Of a DNA stretch of 64,000 bases, positions 50,509 to 64,000 are shown piece by piece. The translations under genes and the position numbers were made by a program. The stretch comes from Kudoa neothunni (lineage: Eukaryota > Animalia > Cnidaria), in contig OZ199840.1 of NCBI GenBank assembly GCA_964304625.1, positions 9,965,248 to 10,029,247 on the forward strand. Reading direction: 5' to 3'. How positions within the stretch are numbered: the stretch's first letter is position 1; each line of letters opens with the position of its first letter. Under the pieces are notes generated by a model. The model had not been told where the DNA came from and made no database searches. It was given only the letters and a program-made list of their open reading frames with translations.

Positions 50509-52146
50509 TTATTTTGAATCTAGTAATAATCTAAGAGGGTTATTTATATACAATTTATACTCTGAAACAAATTGAGCTATTGTAGCACCATCTATCACCC
50601 GATGATCGCACGCCATCGAAATCGGAAGCAGATAATTTTTAGATCCCTCATGGTTGCACAGTTCAGTTTCGGTTATGATTGCACCTATTGCAAACAAACC
50701 AACTTGCGGAGGTAAAATGCAAGGTCCAAAGTATCTCCCACCCCTCTATTAGGAAAGTCAGATAAACATCATTTCCTCATGTCTATAAATTAGTATTGCT
50801 TACATTTCCCATATTAGAAATTGTGAATGTCCCATCTGAAATATGTTCCATAGTCAATCTGTCACCAATAGCTATATTTTGAAGCTCTTTTATTTCGGTT
50901 GCGATCCCACGAACTGTTTTATCTTGAACACGTTTTATCACAGGGACAGCGAGACCATGAGGAGTATTCACAGCTATGCCAATGTTATGATCTCTCTATT
51001 ATTTCGTTTAATCACACAAAATCCAATTAACTAACTATACCATATAAATAATCGATGGGCTTTCTAGATGGGTATCACGTATCTGCGAATTTAATATTGG
51101 ATACATCGTGATAGCTTTAGAAATTGCTTTCACACTAAAACACAGCTGTGAAAGACTCAAATTCTCTTTGTTTTCTCTATTAAATTTTGTTAGTTCCCTA
51201 CAGGATCATCAAATATGTAGATTGTTTGAAACTTTTAAGTCACCTCCAGAAATTCGTCACATCTAACAACTCGGTAAAATACGCATGAGGTATATGATTG
51301 GATAGTGTCATTGTTTTAAACATAGTACGTCTAATTCCAACTAGCTTTTCAATTTTATCTTCATTTTTATGTTCCATTTTATTTCTATCTATCTTATGTT
51401 TTTCAGAAGAATTATTGATAAATGATATAATATCGGCTTTGGTAACTCTTCCCTGCTGGCCAGTTGCATTAACCATAGTTAAATCCACCTATAATGATAG
51501 TGTATAGTGATGTCGTGAACATATCCTCTATTAATAAAAACATTATGTTGTTTGGCCAAGCGTCTCACAGCTGGAGAAGTGGAAACAAAATTCGAGAGTT
51601 TATCAATGGATTCTGATTGCTTATCTGCAGGAATGTTATGTTCATTTTCTTCTCCGATGTCTACGGTAATCAAAGTATCTCCCACATTAACCATATCATT
51701 TTCATTATGCAGTATTTGTTTAACAATGCCGGTGTACCGACTTGAAATGGTGATCGAAGCCTAACTTCAATGATCAAAAAGTTTTAGTTATAGAATACTT
51801 TATCGCTTCTGGCCTCACAAATGGGATCAAATTCCTCAATAGCATCACCCTCTTTTACGAGCCTACTCAACACTAATAAACAACAACTCTAATTCATTAC
51901 CATTGAACTATTTCAATTTGTGCTATTCCTTCCCCAATATCTGCTAATACAAAAGGCTTCACTAAAAGAATGAAAAATAATTGAAATCTTTAAATTATCT
52001 TAAATACCAGTAGTAGAAGCTCTACGACTGAAATTGCAACCGATAATAGAGGAGTAAGTCCTCCCATTCAAATATCTTTCAAAAGGATAAAATTTATAAT
52101 AACTTAAATTTCGTTTATTAAATGCTAAAAATCTTAAACCCCGCAT
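50509..52146 (-). CDS. DBT: Dihydrolipoamide branched-chain transacylase (BCKDH E2), mitochondrial; multi-exon
   Basis: Arg-rich presequence; FVLADIGEGI; lipoyl motif CEARSDK|ASITISSRYTG; E3-binding SPAVRRLAK..GRVTKADI; GTFTISNMG; catalytic DHRVIDGA. Confidence 0.92.
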
Positions 52147-52735
52147 ATCATGAAATTTATAGCTTGTCGCTCAAATGAAAAAGTTTTAAATTGGATCCAA
52201 CGCAATCAGTCCCCAAAGCTGTCACTAGCCTATCAGACATTCACAATAAAGCACTCCCTAGAAATGCGAATTAGATCGATCGAATTCACACTAACCACAA
52301 ACAATATGCTAATACCACCTAATTATTACTCTCAATGGACGTTTGTTTATCAATAATATTCAGATTCAATGGCATAGCATTAATCTAAATAAAAACACGG
52401 AACTTGTTGTTAAAATGTTTCCGTTATTCTCAGAGATGTATAATTTTCAAAAATATTCACCAATCTAATTTTAAATAATATATCTGCATGATTCAAGTGA
52501 CCTAATGCTAAAAGAAACTTTTCTGGGATGTACGATGTACGATCATCGGTTTAACAAATATCTCTAGTCAAAGGTCTTATCATTAAAAAAAACATTATAC
52601 TTAAAAGATTCCTCCACATACTCTCTTATAATCTTTCAAAAAACGTTATTAATGTTTCTATTCATATGTTGTCGCAATATAGATAATTATAAAGGTGTGA
52701 AGATTCTGATCAGCATACTTTTTAATATAAATAAA

Positions 52736-53245
52736 GCCTGGACAATATGGCATAGTGGTGTTAGGTTGGGATTGTATACCTTGAGGTTGCGAATTCGAAG
52801 CCTAGGCCGGGCGTTCCTATACTCCTAATCCGAAATTATGTAGGAAGACTGTAGTAATCGCTAGGATCTGCGATTTATCGTGACCTTGCTTGATGCTAGG
52901 AGGGAAGGCTAGCGGAAGGGTAGAACTTGGATGCTCATAAGCTCACAAATGTCTGGTTACAGGAACGAAATACATTACAGTAGGAGTGGGGGTTTCCGTA
53001 GACCCGGCACTCGTATTCAGACGACTTTCCCAGACTACTTCTGGGTTAGTCCAGGGTATAGATGGGAAGATGGTCGCTCCGAAATGAGGATGTTTAGTGA
53101 GTTAATATCCCACACTACCGCATAAACGTAAGTCGCGTTAATATGACACTGCGGCGCCTGAAGCGTAAATAGAGATGGCCTAACCATCCCTAATTTCATA
53201 ACCTAAAAAGTTGCGCCGAGGGTTTGACCTTGTAAATAAAAAAAA
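52736..53245 (+). mobile_element. tRNA-derived SINE-like element
   Basis: Head 52736-52812: GCCTGG/CCGGGC acceptor-like stem, A-box GGGCATAGTGG, B-box GAATTCGAAGCC. GC-richer ~430-bp body and A-rich tail; TAAATAAA on both sides. Confidence 0.6.
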
Positions 53246-53296
53246 TTATGTTTTAATATTTTCGCAGTTTAACAATATGAATGCATTAACCTTTAA

Positions 53297-53723
53297 TAGG
53301 TGATCTTACTGCAATTATGATTTAGGTGATCTTACTGCAATTATGATTTAGGTGATCTTACTGCAATTATGATTTAGGTGATCTTACTGCAATTATGATT
53401 TAGGTGATCTTACTGCAATTATGATTTAGGTGATCTTACTGCAATTATGATTTAGGTGACCTTACTGCAATTATGATTTAGGTGACCTTACTGCAATTAT
53501 GATTTAGGTGATCTTACTGCAATTATGATTTAGGTGATCTTACTGCAATTATGATTTAGGTGATCTTACTGCAATTATGATTTAGGTGATCTTACTGCAA
53601 TTATGATTTAGGTGATCTTACTGCAATTATGATTTAGGTGACCTTACTGCAATTATGATTTAGGTGATCTTACTGCAATTATGATTTAGGTGATCTTACT
53701 GCATTTCTGATTTAAGTGACCTT
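53297..53723. repeat. 26-bp minisatellite, ~16.4 copies
   Basis: TAGGTGA(T/C)CTTACTGCAATTATGATT repeated head-to-tail without spacers. Confidence 0.97.
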
Positions 53724-54013
53724 GGGTTCGACCAACCAAACCGGATTGATTTCTATACTTTGTTAGTTCTTATTTTAACCTGTATTTGCTTACTCTAATA
53801 CGTTATAGCGCGATAAAAAGTACACCAATGAAACATATTTTATTCTTCATAATTACTTCCCTATTTTTACTGGAATGCGCAGGTGTACATCCAAAAATTG
53901 TAACTTAGATTATTTTACAAAGTATTAGGTAAAATATATAATAATACACTGAATTTTTTTATCATTTTAATACAATAGAAATACAAACTCGCAATAAACA
54001 CAACGCGTCGAAA

Positions 54014-57000
54014 CTAATCTTCGTCATCATCAACAAAAACTATTTTCTTTTTTCTTTTAATTGGGATATTTTCCAACTCGGAATTATTTTCTTTTCATAA
54101 AATTATGTTATATTAAATCTATAATATTTAACAATTACCAAAATTTTTCGTCCTCTTCGAGTCCCATAATAACAAGATTTTCCCTAATCTATTTCAAATG
54201 GTTTGTTCAGAATAATAGAACAAAATATTTTGCAAAAACCTCATTTATGGGGACATTACAAAAGATTTCATCATTTAAAATATCTTCTACGGGTTCTATA
54301 CCAAAGTCAACATTCGTATTAAGTTTTGAATTTTCACTTACTGTCGCTGGCTTGATATTCTAAGTAAACTTTTCTGAGATATTGTAACGATGGATCGTTC
54401 CAACGAAACTTAGGTTTTGGTGGTGTCTATATATGAATATTCCTTGCTCTTAAAAACAACTTTATCAAAGCTTTATTACCATGACAAAATTATTTTCGAT
54501 ATAATTCTCTATCTAAAACCCCCAATATAATCTATTATCAGCGATTTTATATCTACAGTCGAGTAAACAGAGTCGTTCTCTACATTTGGATGGTAAATTG
54601 ATGAGTGTGGGTTTGCAAGCTCTTCCAAAGCGGTTGTTATGGCATCTTAAAATTTATATCAAAAATGTTATTAAATGAGACACACACAATTTTTTCGGTG
54701 TTTTATAGGAAGGAAATCAGCATCCGCCAACGCTTTATCGACAAAAGAGTGAAAAGATGGCGAATCAAGATTAATATTATCCCCCTGATGATAATGATGA
54801 TGAGTTGGTTCATTAGCTAACATAAATGGAAAACGAAATCAAAACACAATAAATTACAAATATTGATATCTGCTTCTTGATATTCTGGGGGAGAATATTC
54901 ATCAGCAGTTGGGTTATTAGCGGTATCATCAGAACTGAACGAATTCCACACGAAAAGTGATCCGAAAGGAAAGGGGGTCATTTCATCAACATAATTTATA
55001 AATTTGGAGATTATAAATTTGGAAAAAGATATTAATTCTTTTAATTTTATGTTTTCATCTAAGCGAGATATTTCCAGAAAGAGATTAAGGAAGTAGATAT
55101 TGAAAAATGAATGGTATTTAGAGTATTCATTAGCAAGAGCACTCAATAGACGTAGCAGAGAGTGATTCAATTCGTAGGAGTTATTTTTATAGTTCTTCAA
55201 CACATAATACAACAATTTAAGGTTATTAGGCTTTTGAAATCTGTCATATAGAAAATGATGTTTCACATTTATACATTGAATTATAAATCACCTTAAAATA
55301 ATCGTTTTAAGATCAAAATATTCCTCTCTTGTTCTCATTGATAAAGGAGAAGTTTCAAAGTAGTTCTGCTGGGCATCATCAGAAGAATCCATTTCTACGA
55401 AATCTGAAATCTCTTCATTGGAAGAATGGTTTGTTTCTAGTTGACTATCTGATTAAACATATTAATATATAAAACTCAATAAAATTATTTCTTTCAGCCA
55501 CCTATAAGAGAATCTTTGACTGACATTGAGTTCTGAGTTTGGAAGTGGTCCCAAAAAGAAGCACACAAATTTTGTATTTTATTCATATCTGGATCTAGCG
55601 ACTCATCAAATTCTACGCCGAGAACATCATCGATATCCCACAACTTTCTAGAAGTATACTTACACTGGTTAAAATATAGATAATTCACATACAATATTTC
55701 CTTGTAGAGCGAAACAGCGCCATCAAAATTTTTCTCCGCAATCAAATGACATAATTTTACACAAGCAGTTTCTCTATAATTACTATTAGATTAAATTCAG
55801 CTCAGTTAAAACAACTTTTGTTCATCAAATGAGAGATGAGAGGATGGATCGAACGTTGAAACTAAACTTTGAGATGCATTGCCAATATTTAAGCAATAGT
55901 TTTGAAGCGATAGTAAAATGGCGTCTGAGTGTTCAGTCCAAAATGAATTAAAGTCGATTCTGTTTGTTTTGGGGATTTTTTTAGTAAGTTTTAACGTGCT
56001 TAATGATTTTCTTTTAACCTAAGAATATAAACTAATTACATACGTATTTATTTATTATTTATCTATCCATTCATTATATAATGAAACGTAAGAACATTTT
56101 TTATTAACTTAATAAGAGCAATACGTGCTTATTTCTACAAAATTTGAAAAAAATTTAAATATAACTAAAATAACTAAACTTTCGTTAAATATGGAAAATA
56201 ACAAAATAATAATCAAAATCAAAATATTGAATAATTCAACAAATTAATAAAAGATTATCATTTACTTTTGTATGAGTTCGTATCCTACCCCTCTCTTTGA
56301 TCACCTCCTTTACTAACTTACAAAAATAATGAATTATTTGTACGATCTCACACAACGACGAGCTATATAATATGAGCTAGTCTATTAGAAAACACAAGGA
56401 ATCGATACTATCCATAGAGATCAATTCTATAGGACTTTAACACCTCAAATATCACCTCTTGTACTTTATTACTATAGATTAATCGATCTATGTCAAGCAA
56501 GTAGTAAACAGAATCTTAAATTATCTCAGCTACCAACACAAACATCCACACAGTGATTGAGAACGGACGATTTGGACAGTTTCATAACAAGCATATTTTT
56601 CAAAAGCTCGTTGAAAAATTTGAACGAACTGAGTAAGCTAAATAATAGTATAATTTAATTAAGTTGCTCACATTTTGAGCAATAATAACCATTTCGAAAG
56701 CGTGAATGCTTGTTTTTTGTCCAATTTCATAAGTTCGTAGACATTCTGCGCGTTATCCAGACATTTGTGGGAATTACTCGAGGTAACAAACTCACTAAAA
56801 TCCATGCCAACCATCAAAATTACAGTAAACCTACCTAAAAATCGAAACTATCTTCAAATGCAGTCGGTTGTATTGGAGACAAAATCTTGATTAAAATAAA
56901 AATTTAAGCAGCTAAGTGAAACCATGCTCACGTTAACATATTCCAAAAATTGCTAAGAATATAATAACTATCAGACTTTTCATAAAAAATCACCTAAAAA

Positions 57001-58561
57001 CAGTTATGACATTAATAAAAACATAAAAGATACATCCAATTGATTGACAAGACTTTGCAAATATTTTTCGATAAATTCCTCAAAAAATGATTCTATATAC
57101 GTGTTTAACTCAGTATTCAATAACAGGGATCTGTTTTCGTAGGGTTGAAATTGTTTTTTTGTTTTTTTCATGTTGACTTTGATGGAATCTATCTCGTCGG
57201 TAACCGTATTTTGATCTAAAATAACATCAAATGTTTGAATTTTTATTGAAATTTTTGTGTGAAAGTCTGATTTAATACTCGAATGGGGTTTCTTATGTAT
57301 AACATTAGACCCTCCGCCTGATAAAGTTAATGTCCCGCCGAATCGTGAATGTCTTCTTGTTATCGAAGTCGCACAAGTAGTGCTTGGGTCCTTTTCATCT
57401 ACTTCCATCAAAAATTTGGATTGTTCATCCCTAATGGAGTTATTTTTAAAATCAATTTTCTCGTCAATATTAAATTCTCCTAACTTTTTATCAGCCTGTT
57501 TGCAACACTGTTCGGCACTGTTATACTGAACAATAAAAGAGATAATTTCTGTAGCGACCAATAAATAATTTTGCTATAATAATTTCATTAATTTTAATTT
57601 AATTGAAAAATTAATTACATTCCTTTGTTTATCAATATAATAATAAATAATATCCTTAAAATTCGCTTCAAATAATTTTCTATGATGTAATGAAGTAATT
57701 TAAATAATTTGATTTCTTAATTTACATCACTAATTTATTATGAGATATAATATCTTCTTTTGCTGTGACAGTCTGGACGTTGAATTATTTTAGCATTATA
57801 GACTGAATAGAAAAATCTACCGATACAAGCTCAACATCAGCTGTTTTAATTTCAAGCATATTTTTGATTATCAGTAATATTCTCTCAGGTTTTGAGTCAC
57901 TTTTGCAACCTTTTCTTATCTATGTAGATATATAGATATTTTGTAAAATTAAATAATTAGAATTTTTTAAGGATAATACATAATCGTGCAACATCTCAAC
58001 TAAACACTCAATAGCACCACTCTCGATGAATATCTATAATAAACCTTAGATAGTTAATTTATAAAACTTGAAACCCTTTTGTAAGCCTTTAATTGTTTCG
58101 ATAATTCCAACATATTCGACATATCACTACTATCCATCTTAGCTATCTCACATTTGTCAACAACTTTATAGACTGGTGTTGTCAAATTTAATAGTAATCT
58201 ATAAAAATTAAAAATCAAGAAAAAAGTGTAAATTATTGACTTTACGACAGTTTCCCTGTGTTCTGCCGAATTAATTAGAATCTTGATCAAATCCTACACA
58301 AAATTAAGCGAATCTATTGATAAAAATCAAATTAACGTTTTCTATGATATTCTCCTTTCCAAAAAGGCGCCTTTTTTCGTATGTATCAACGTCATCAACT
58401 CGCAAGATCTCTATCAACAATTCCAAACTTTCTATTGGAATTTGTCAGCTGAAATCTACAACAAAAATTCCACCTCCGCATTCACTACTAACATAATAAT
58501 TTTCTCCTTCGGATACACCTAATTTTTCACACAACTTTACAAGTTCGTGTTCCATCTCCAT
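54014..58561 (-). CDS. TIMELESS: Timeless/Tof1/Swi1 replication-fork protection protein; many exons
   Basis: N-terminus MEMEHELVKLCEKLGVSEGENYYVSSECGESLELLIEILR resembles Timeless; RLLLNLTTP; hallmark RHSRFGGT; basic/acidic C-terminus KRKKKIVFVDDDED*. Internal exons not fully resolved. Confidence 0.85.
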
Positions 58562-59757
58562 GGCAACCAAACTATGAGATTAAATAGACCCGGTGTAACT
58601 GAATTGCGCGCGACCTCTGCCTCATAAATGGGCTCATGATCTGCAAACCACATTTTCATTTACTTAACTGTTCTTAATAATTATACACTAATTTAAATGA
58701 TCTTATTTTATTATTTTGGATTTGTGAAATTCCTTATATATAATTAATTGGTTCATTAATTCAGTGAGTAATACTTTAAATAAATTTTTTCTGAATGATT
58801 ACTAACTTATTAAGTATGAGAAATATATATTTAATGAATTGAGTGATTTTATGAAATATATTTTTTCTGTAGTTATTTGAATTTGATTTGTATGAATGTA
58901 TTGAAATTATACAAATTGGTTGGAAATTACTTATTAATCATTTTATACTAATTGAAAGAAAGAAATGGTAGTTACATTTTAAGTATATTTTTCCCTTTAT
59001 TTTTGTATAATATGTATATTTTTATGTATAGAATAGATGTGATAATACATTTATACCATTGTTCAGTCAATAAATACTCAATTAATTTTGGTTAAAAATT
59101 ATTTATAAACATAATTTGAATGCGTTTATTAGTTTGTGTAATCTTTGATATAAATTTCCTCCAATTCATTGAATACCTTTTTATTGATAACTTCGTATGG
59201 CTGAGGTTTTTATAAAATATATTTTAAGTATTCACGCTACTTTAGATTCTTATAATTGTTTTAATAAGAAAATGGTTAGAATACTAATTTTAATCTTCTT
59301 AGGATTCAAATAATATTTATATAACAAATTATTATATTTAAAATAATAAATTATTTAATATAATGTTATATACATATAGATGTAATTTTTTGAGCATATT
59401 GTATGCAAATATTAATAGAGTACTTATTTGAAGTATAGCTTATAAGTAATTATTGAAAAAGTAGATTTTAAAAACCTGTGAAAAATAATAAAAATTTATT
59501 TTTTTTATTTTTGTTTTATTATATGTGGAGAAAAAGTTTTTGAGTAATAATTTTATTGATTTGTACCGATATTGAATGGATTAAATTGAATGGGTATCTT
59601 CCGAAAAACATTTTTAAACCTATTCCCCAATACGAACTAACTGATTATTCATTTAATGAATATATGGACCATGATTAATAGAAACGAGCATTTCTAATAA
59701 CCAAAACACTATACATTTATTACAATATTGATTTTAGTTCTGAGTAGACTTTCAGAT

Positions 59758-61039
59758 ATGAGGAATCGTTTATCAGTTATTTTTTTCCTGCAATTTTTGT
59801 GTCGCAATATCACCACATGTATAAAATAATGACTAATATATAAATTGTTGATATACTCATAGTTAAAGCATTTGACTCGTATAAACTGGACTCTGGTGAG
59901 TTCCCCTATCAACATGATGGCACCACGGATGTCACCAAAATTCTCACCAGATTCTATGTAAGGGAAGATGGCACCTGCCAAAAATTTTATTATAAAGGAA
60001 GTGGTGGTAATTCCAATAACTTTGGTACTGAACATGAATGCATGGATCATTGTAAATAACATTAAGTTTGATAGATACTTATTTCGTATTTTAGTAAAAG
60101 ACCTTAGTAAATGGGAAACTCTTCAGGGCTGTAAAGAAGGATACACTGCGCCAGGTCCATGTACTAAAAGTCCAGATATTACTAGATGGGGTTTTGTCGC
60201 CAGCGCAAACACTTGTTCACAATTTACCTACGGAGGTTGTGGTGGTAACAACAATCGATTTGGCAATGAAGAAGATTGTAAAAGAGCATGTGAAGGTAAT
60301 TATACTATGAATTAGCATTATTTATCTCTAATTTAGTGGGTGATGTAAAAGCTCCTAATGATTATGATTGTCATCTTCCGCCGAAATACCCCATAAGTGA
60401 CGAGGTGAAAATTGCAATAGTGAAATCACAAGATTTACAAACTAAAAAGTGTCACTACGCTATTGTTGATAAGACAGAAAACAGAGGAATATTCCCTTCT
60501 TTCAGCAAGTGTCTCTCAACTTGTTATGGTATCTTTTAAAATTATGCGTATAATTTTAAAAAATAGAAGCAAGTGGTCTGATTGATGCTTGCGGAAAGGA
60601 TGCACCATATCAAGACACTACCAGTAGCGGTAACACAGTAGTGAAGTTTTACTACAATAAGACAGAAAAAGCATGTTTGCCATTTCTTACAAAAGCAAAA
60701 TCTTCAGGATTTAATGAAAGCAACAACTACTTCAATACAGAAGAAGAATGTATGAGCTACTGCCCAGTTGATGAGGGTAAAAATATAAAACAATTTTAAA
60801 ATATTAATTAAAAATTAGATAAAATAAAAGAGATGACTTATCATGTATCAAAGGATATTTGCAACCTAACAACGGCACCTAAACAATCTGGATCACTGTC
60901 AGGGGTTATTAAATGGTACCACCATAAAAGTGGTGAAACTTCAACATGTACAAGCATAACTCATGGAGGAGTTGGAGATATTACCAGCTTCTTTGATTCT
61001 GCTGACGAATGCAATGCTTTATGTGGAAACGCACAATAG
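59758..61039 (+). CDS. Secreted penta-Kunitz protein, divergent paralog 5; 6 exons
   Basis: Signal MRNRLSVIFFLQFLC; D1 AFDSY..RFYV..CQKFYYKGSGGNSNNF..ECMDHL (2 Cys); D2 GPCTK..CSQFTYGGCGGNNNRF..CKRAC; D3-D5 with 4 Cys; same intron phases. Confidence 0.86.
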
Positions 61040-61201
61040 GCCAATTTAAATATTCATGATGGTGATTATTTTCATCATTAAGACTAATATAAAGGATCAT
61101 CTTAATATTTTATATCCGTTGTGAATTTTTTGACGTCTAAAATATCATTAAAGATATAGAATAAAAATGTTGAGACTACTTTTATTGTCAGAGAAATTCA
61201 A

Positions 61202-61970
61202 TACAGTAGGCAACCGATAATACGTGATCCCCTCAGCACCATCAAATAAAGTGCGTATTAAATGTTTCAACTAGGTCTTTAAAAAATCGAAAGTGATTAT
61301 GCGTTGAAGTGAAGATTATTAAGGATTTGGATAGGCATTTCGTGATTCCAACGTTTTGTAGTTGTTACTAGTTTTTACAAACATTTTGATAGATAATACA
61401 TCTCAGTAAATTAATTATATTTGGTTAAAACGCTTGAAATATTCAACCACACAAAAATATTGATGTATATTCTAAAAATGGGTAATGAGTGTTTATTTTT
61501 AGGTTTTACATCATTTTTGTATTGTTGAGATAAGTAATAAAAAAATGCTAGGATATGTCAAAATCTATATATAAATTAAATTTGAAGTGCTTAAAAATCA
61601 TAAATTTTGGTTTGTGTCGATTATTCTACTTTTAGATTAATTGAAAAAAATTACTTAGTATTTTTGTTTTTAGTCACTTAATGGATATGAATATAGTAAT
61701 AACTTAATAAATAAATTAATTAATTAAAATTTTTCATGTTTGAATTTTGGAACAAATCTTGTTATATCATTTTTAATCATGAATAAAGAACGCAAAAAAA
61801 TATATAAACTAAAAACCACATTATGTTACGCTTTCGTTAAATTGAAACATCTTCGTTCTAATTTTGAATAGAATAAATTAGAAAGTTTAGTTTTTAAAAT
61901 ACGAAGTCATTATTGAATATTTACAAACTTATTACTTACAGTTTAAAATAAAAAAAATCATTGGACAATT
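61202..61970 (-). mobile_element. Internally deleted copy of the Tigger-like element at 1-1600 (inverted)
   Basis: TA|CAGTAGGCAACCGATAATACG end; reverse-complement similarity to 1416-1545, 438-473 and 1-45. Confidence 0.65.
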
Positions 61971-63769
61971 AATGACTTCGAATTTGTTAAAATTATAGAG
62001 AAATAATAATTCATTTGATGTATTTATCAACAACGTAGAGATTCCATGTGAATCCGAATATGCTTTACTTAAAATTTATTCTCAGTTTATAGTTTAATTC
62101 TTTTTGAGCTTAATCTAATTAAATGATATAATTTTTTGTGATAAGAACAAAAATAAAAAAACATTTAAAAAGGAAATAAATTAACAAGACGAATTGTAGG
62201 AAACGACTTTGTTTACGATTTTGTATGCGACACCGCCCGAAGTTTTGCACAGAAACTGTAGTACTGTAGTTTAGCTGATATTTTAAAAGAAATAAAATAG
62301 TTCATTCCAAAAAATAAAGCATTGCAGAATTTTGATAAGATAATTTCTCCTGACATTGATTAGAAAAATCCACTGTAGCCAAATCACACAATGTTGTTAC
62401 TACATTGACTTAATCTCTTCGAACTAGGGGATCCTCGACACTCGAAATTTCGATGGTTCGGAGAATTTTTGAGGCTCCCAACCTCGACTCTCGATTTTTT
62501 GAAGTCCTAGTTGCAACCGATAATACGCGCCAGAGGTACATGCTCCTGTAATTTTATTTTATGTTTCCTCTATTTTTCTGCAAGGGTATTACACTGTTTA
62601 TTTAAACGGAATAACAAAAAATATTTTTAAGATTATTTCGGCGAAAAACAATTCGAAATTTTTGTTTTAATCATATTTATTGATAAAATATTTGTATCCT
62701 TTTATATTGGAGTAAAATTTAGTGAATGATCAGTTCTAAAAAATTATAAATACTATTTTGTTTTGTATTCATTCTTTAGCACAATATGAAATTTTTTATA
62801 TCTTTACCGTAAAATCTTTATTCAAGTGCATCTATAACATTCTTTAATTGACGACTAATATTATCTTGAAATAAAGTTTATTATATTTTCATTACATTCG
62901 CTGAGTTTAAAAAAATCTAATTTATTAACATATTTGAAAAGCGATAAAATCTATTATTCAGATCGAAACTTGTAATAGTATGCCGATCACCAAATTTCAG
63001 TTTTTTAAAAATTATTTAGTTCCTTTTAAATTAATTTGTACATTGACTTTTTTATTGTGCCAAAAATATTAGGAAAACCACCATTAGGTATTTAAGTTCT
63101 CAGAGAACATTTAATCAACAATGCGGCCTGCAGAACCAAAAGTTGCGCCCACCACTGATTTAGAATAACAAAATTATGCGCGCACTTTCCGTTCAAATAT
63201 AAATAGAGGTATTGAAGGAAATTAATGAGTAGTTTTAAGTTTATTTTACAAATTATTGACCAATAATATAACGAACTTAAGTTTATGAGAAATTTAATTA
63301 ACGAATAAAGTTCGTTTATTTATTAAACAAAATCATTAAGTAATTTGAATACGACATTTAGTTCTTTTCAAAATCTTTCGATAAAAATTAATTTTCGCCT
63401 ATTTTCTTCTAAATTTATATCCTTTTCTATTTATTTGTCTCCCGCAAACAGTGATGCACACAGTTCCCGAGCTTGGCCAAAAATAACGTTTCGGATAACA
63501 TTTTAATGAAATTTAAATAATTCGGGAATACAACAAAAATACGACATTAACAATAAATTATATTGGCGTTGGTGCCGTGCCACCAAATTTTTAACTAAAC
63601 GCCGGGATTGATACTTTCCTTCACAGAAAGAATCATAATTTAAATTTCGCTAATCCAAATCGTTGAAAGTATGTTACTTACAATTTTTTAGTTATTTTTC
63701 AACTATAGGTTAATTTGAAATTTCTATATATTTTTGAATGTTATTAAGAAATGTCTCTATGCGAAATCT

Positions 63770-63835
63770 CCCCCAGGCTACGTTGGACAGTTCCCGCTAG
63801 TATATATAGAGCTGAAGTGTCCGTGTGTGTGTATT
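63770..63835 (+). mobile_element. Probable Helitron 3' end abutting a Helitron 5' end
   Basis: CCCCAGGCTACGTTGGACAGTTCCCG-CTAG followed directly by TATATATAGAGCTGAAGTGTCCGTGTGTGTGT. Confidence 0.5.
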
Positions 63836-64000
63836 TGCAGAAGTACGCATGTGTCATGGAGAAACATTCTTTAAATACAGCTTTTCGTAAACATTTAGAA
63901 GGATGATACTATTAAAAAAATTCTTAATTTAATCAGAAGTACAAATATAATCAACACCGCAGTAAGAAATATGGAAGTTTTTGGTTGTTTATTCAAATAA

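Noticed and set aside
52736-52812. Functional tRNA gene
   Set aside because: Extra bases after the acceptor stem, unpaired T-stem and poor anticodon stem; treated as a SINE head.
53178-53195. Telomerase RNA template-like CTAACCATCCCTAA
   Set aside because: Does not match a contiguous CTAACCCTAA template; lies in the SINE-like body.
53297-53723. CRISPR-like array
   Set aside because: Repeats are contiguous with no unique spacers; eukaryotic context and no cas genes.

Overview
AT-rich eukaryotic (animal) genomic DNA with very short GT-AG introns (about 35-75 nt) and dense transposon debris. This is consistent with a compact parasitic genome such as a myxozoan cnidarian, but the taxon is an inference only. 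Housekeeping genes: RPL5 (+), PCYT1/CCT (-), SEC22 (-), DBT (BCKDH E2, -) and TIMELESS/Tof1 (-). The dominant accessory feature is a family of five secreted penta-Kunitz genes, with one Kunitz-like domain per phase-1 exon and a conserved 2/6/4/4/4 cysteine pattern. Three are recent tandem copies (units 1383-7676, 15020-21825, 21913-27765) with hypervariable C-terminal stalks, and two are older paralogs (46666, 59758). Both tandem-duplication junctions are occupied by a TE without a target-site duplication (TSD): a Merlin element holding a nested piggyBac > (MULE + second piggyBac) stack, and an 87-bp solo-LTR-like piece. Also present: a very compact 3.95-kb Ty3/gypsy element, a second copy of the dead piggyBac, pogo/Tigger and hAT remnants, several MITEs, a tRNA-derived SINE-like element, a 26-bp minisatellite and a probable head-to-tail Helitron junction. 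Gene models were spliced by eye and exon edges may be off by a few bases.
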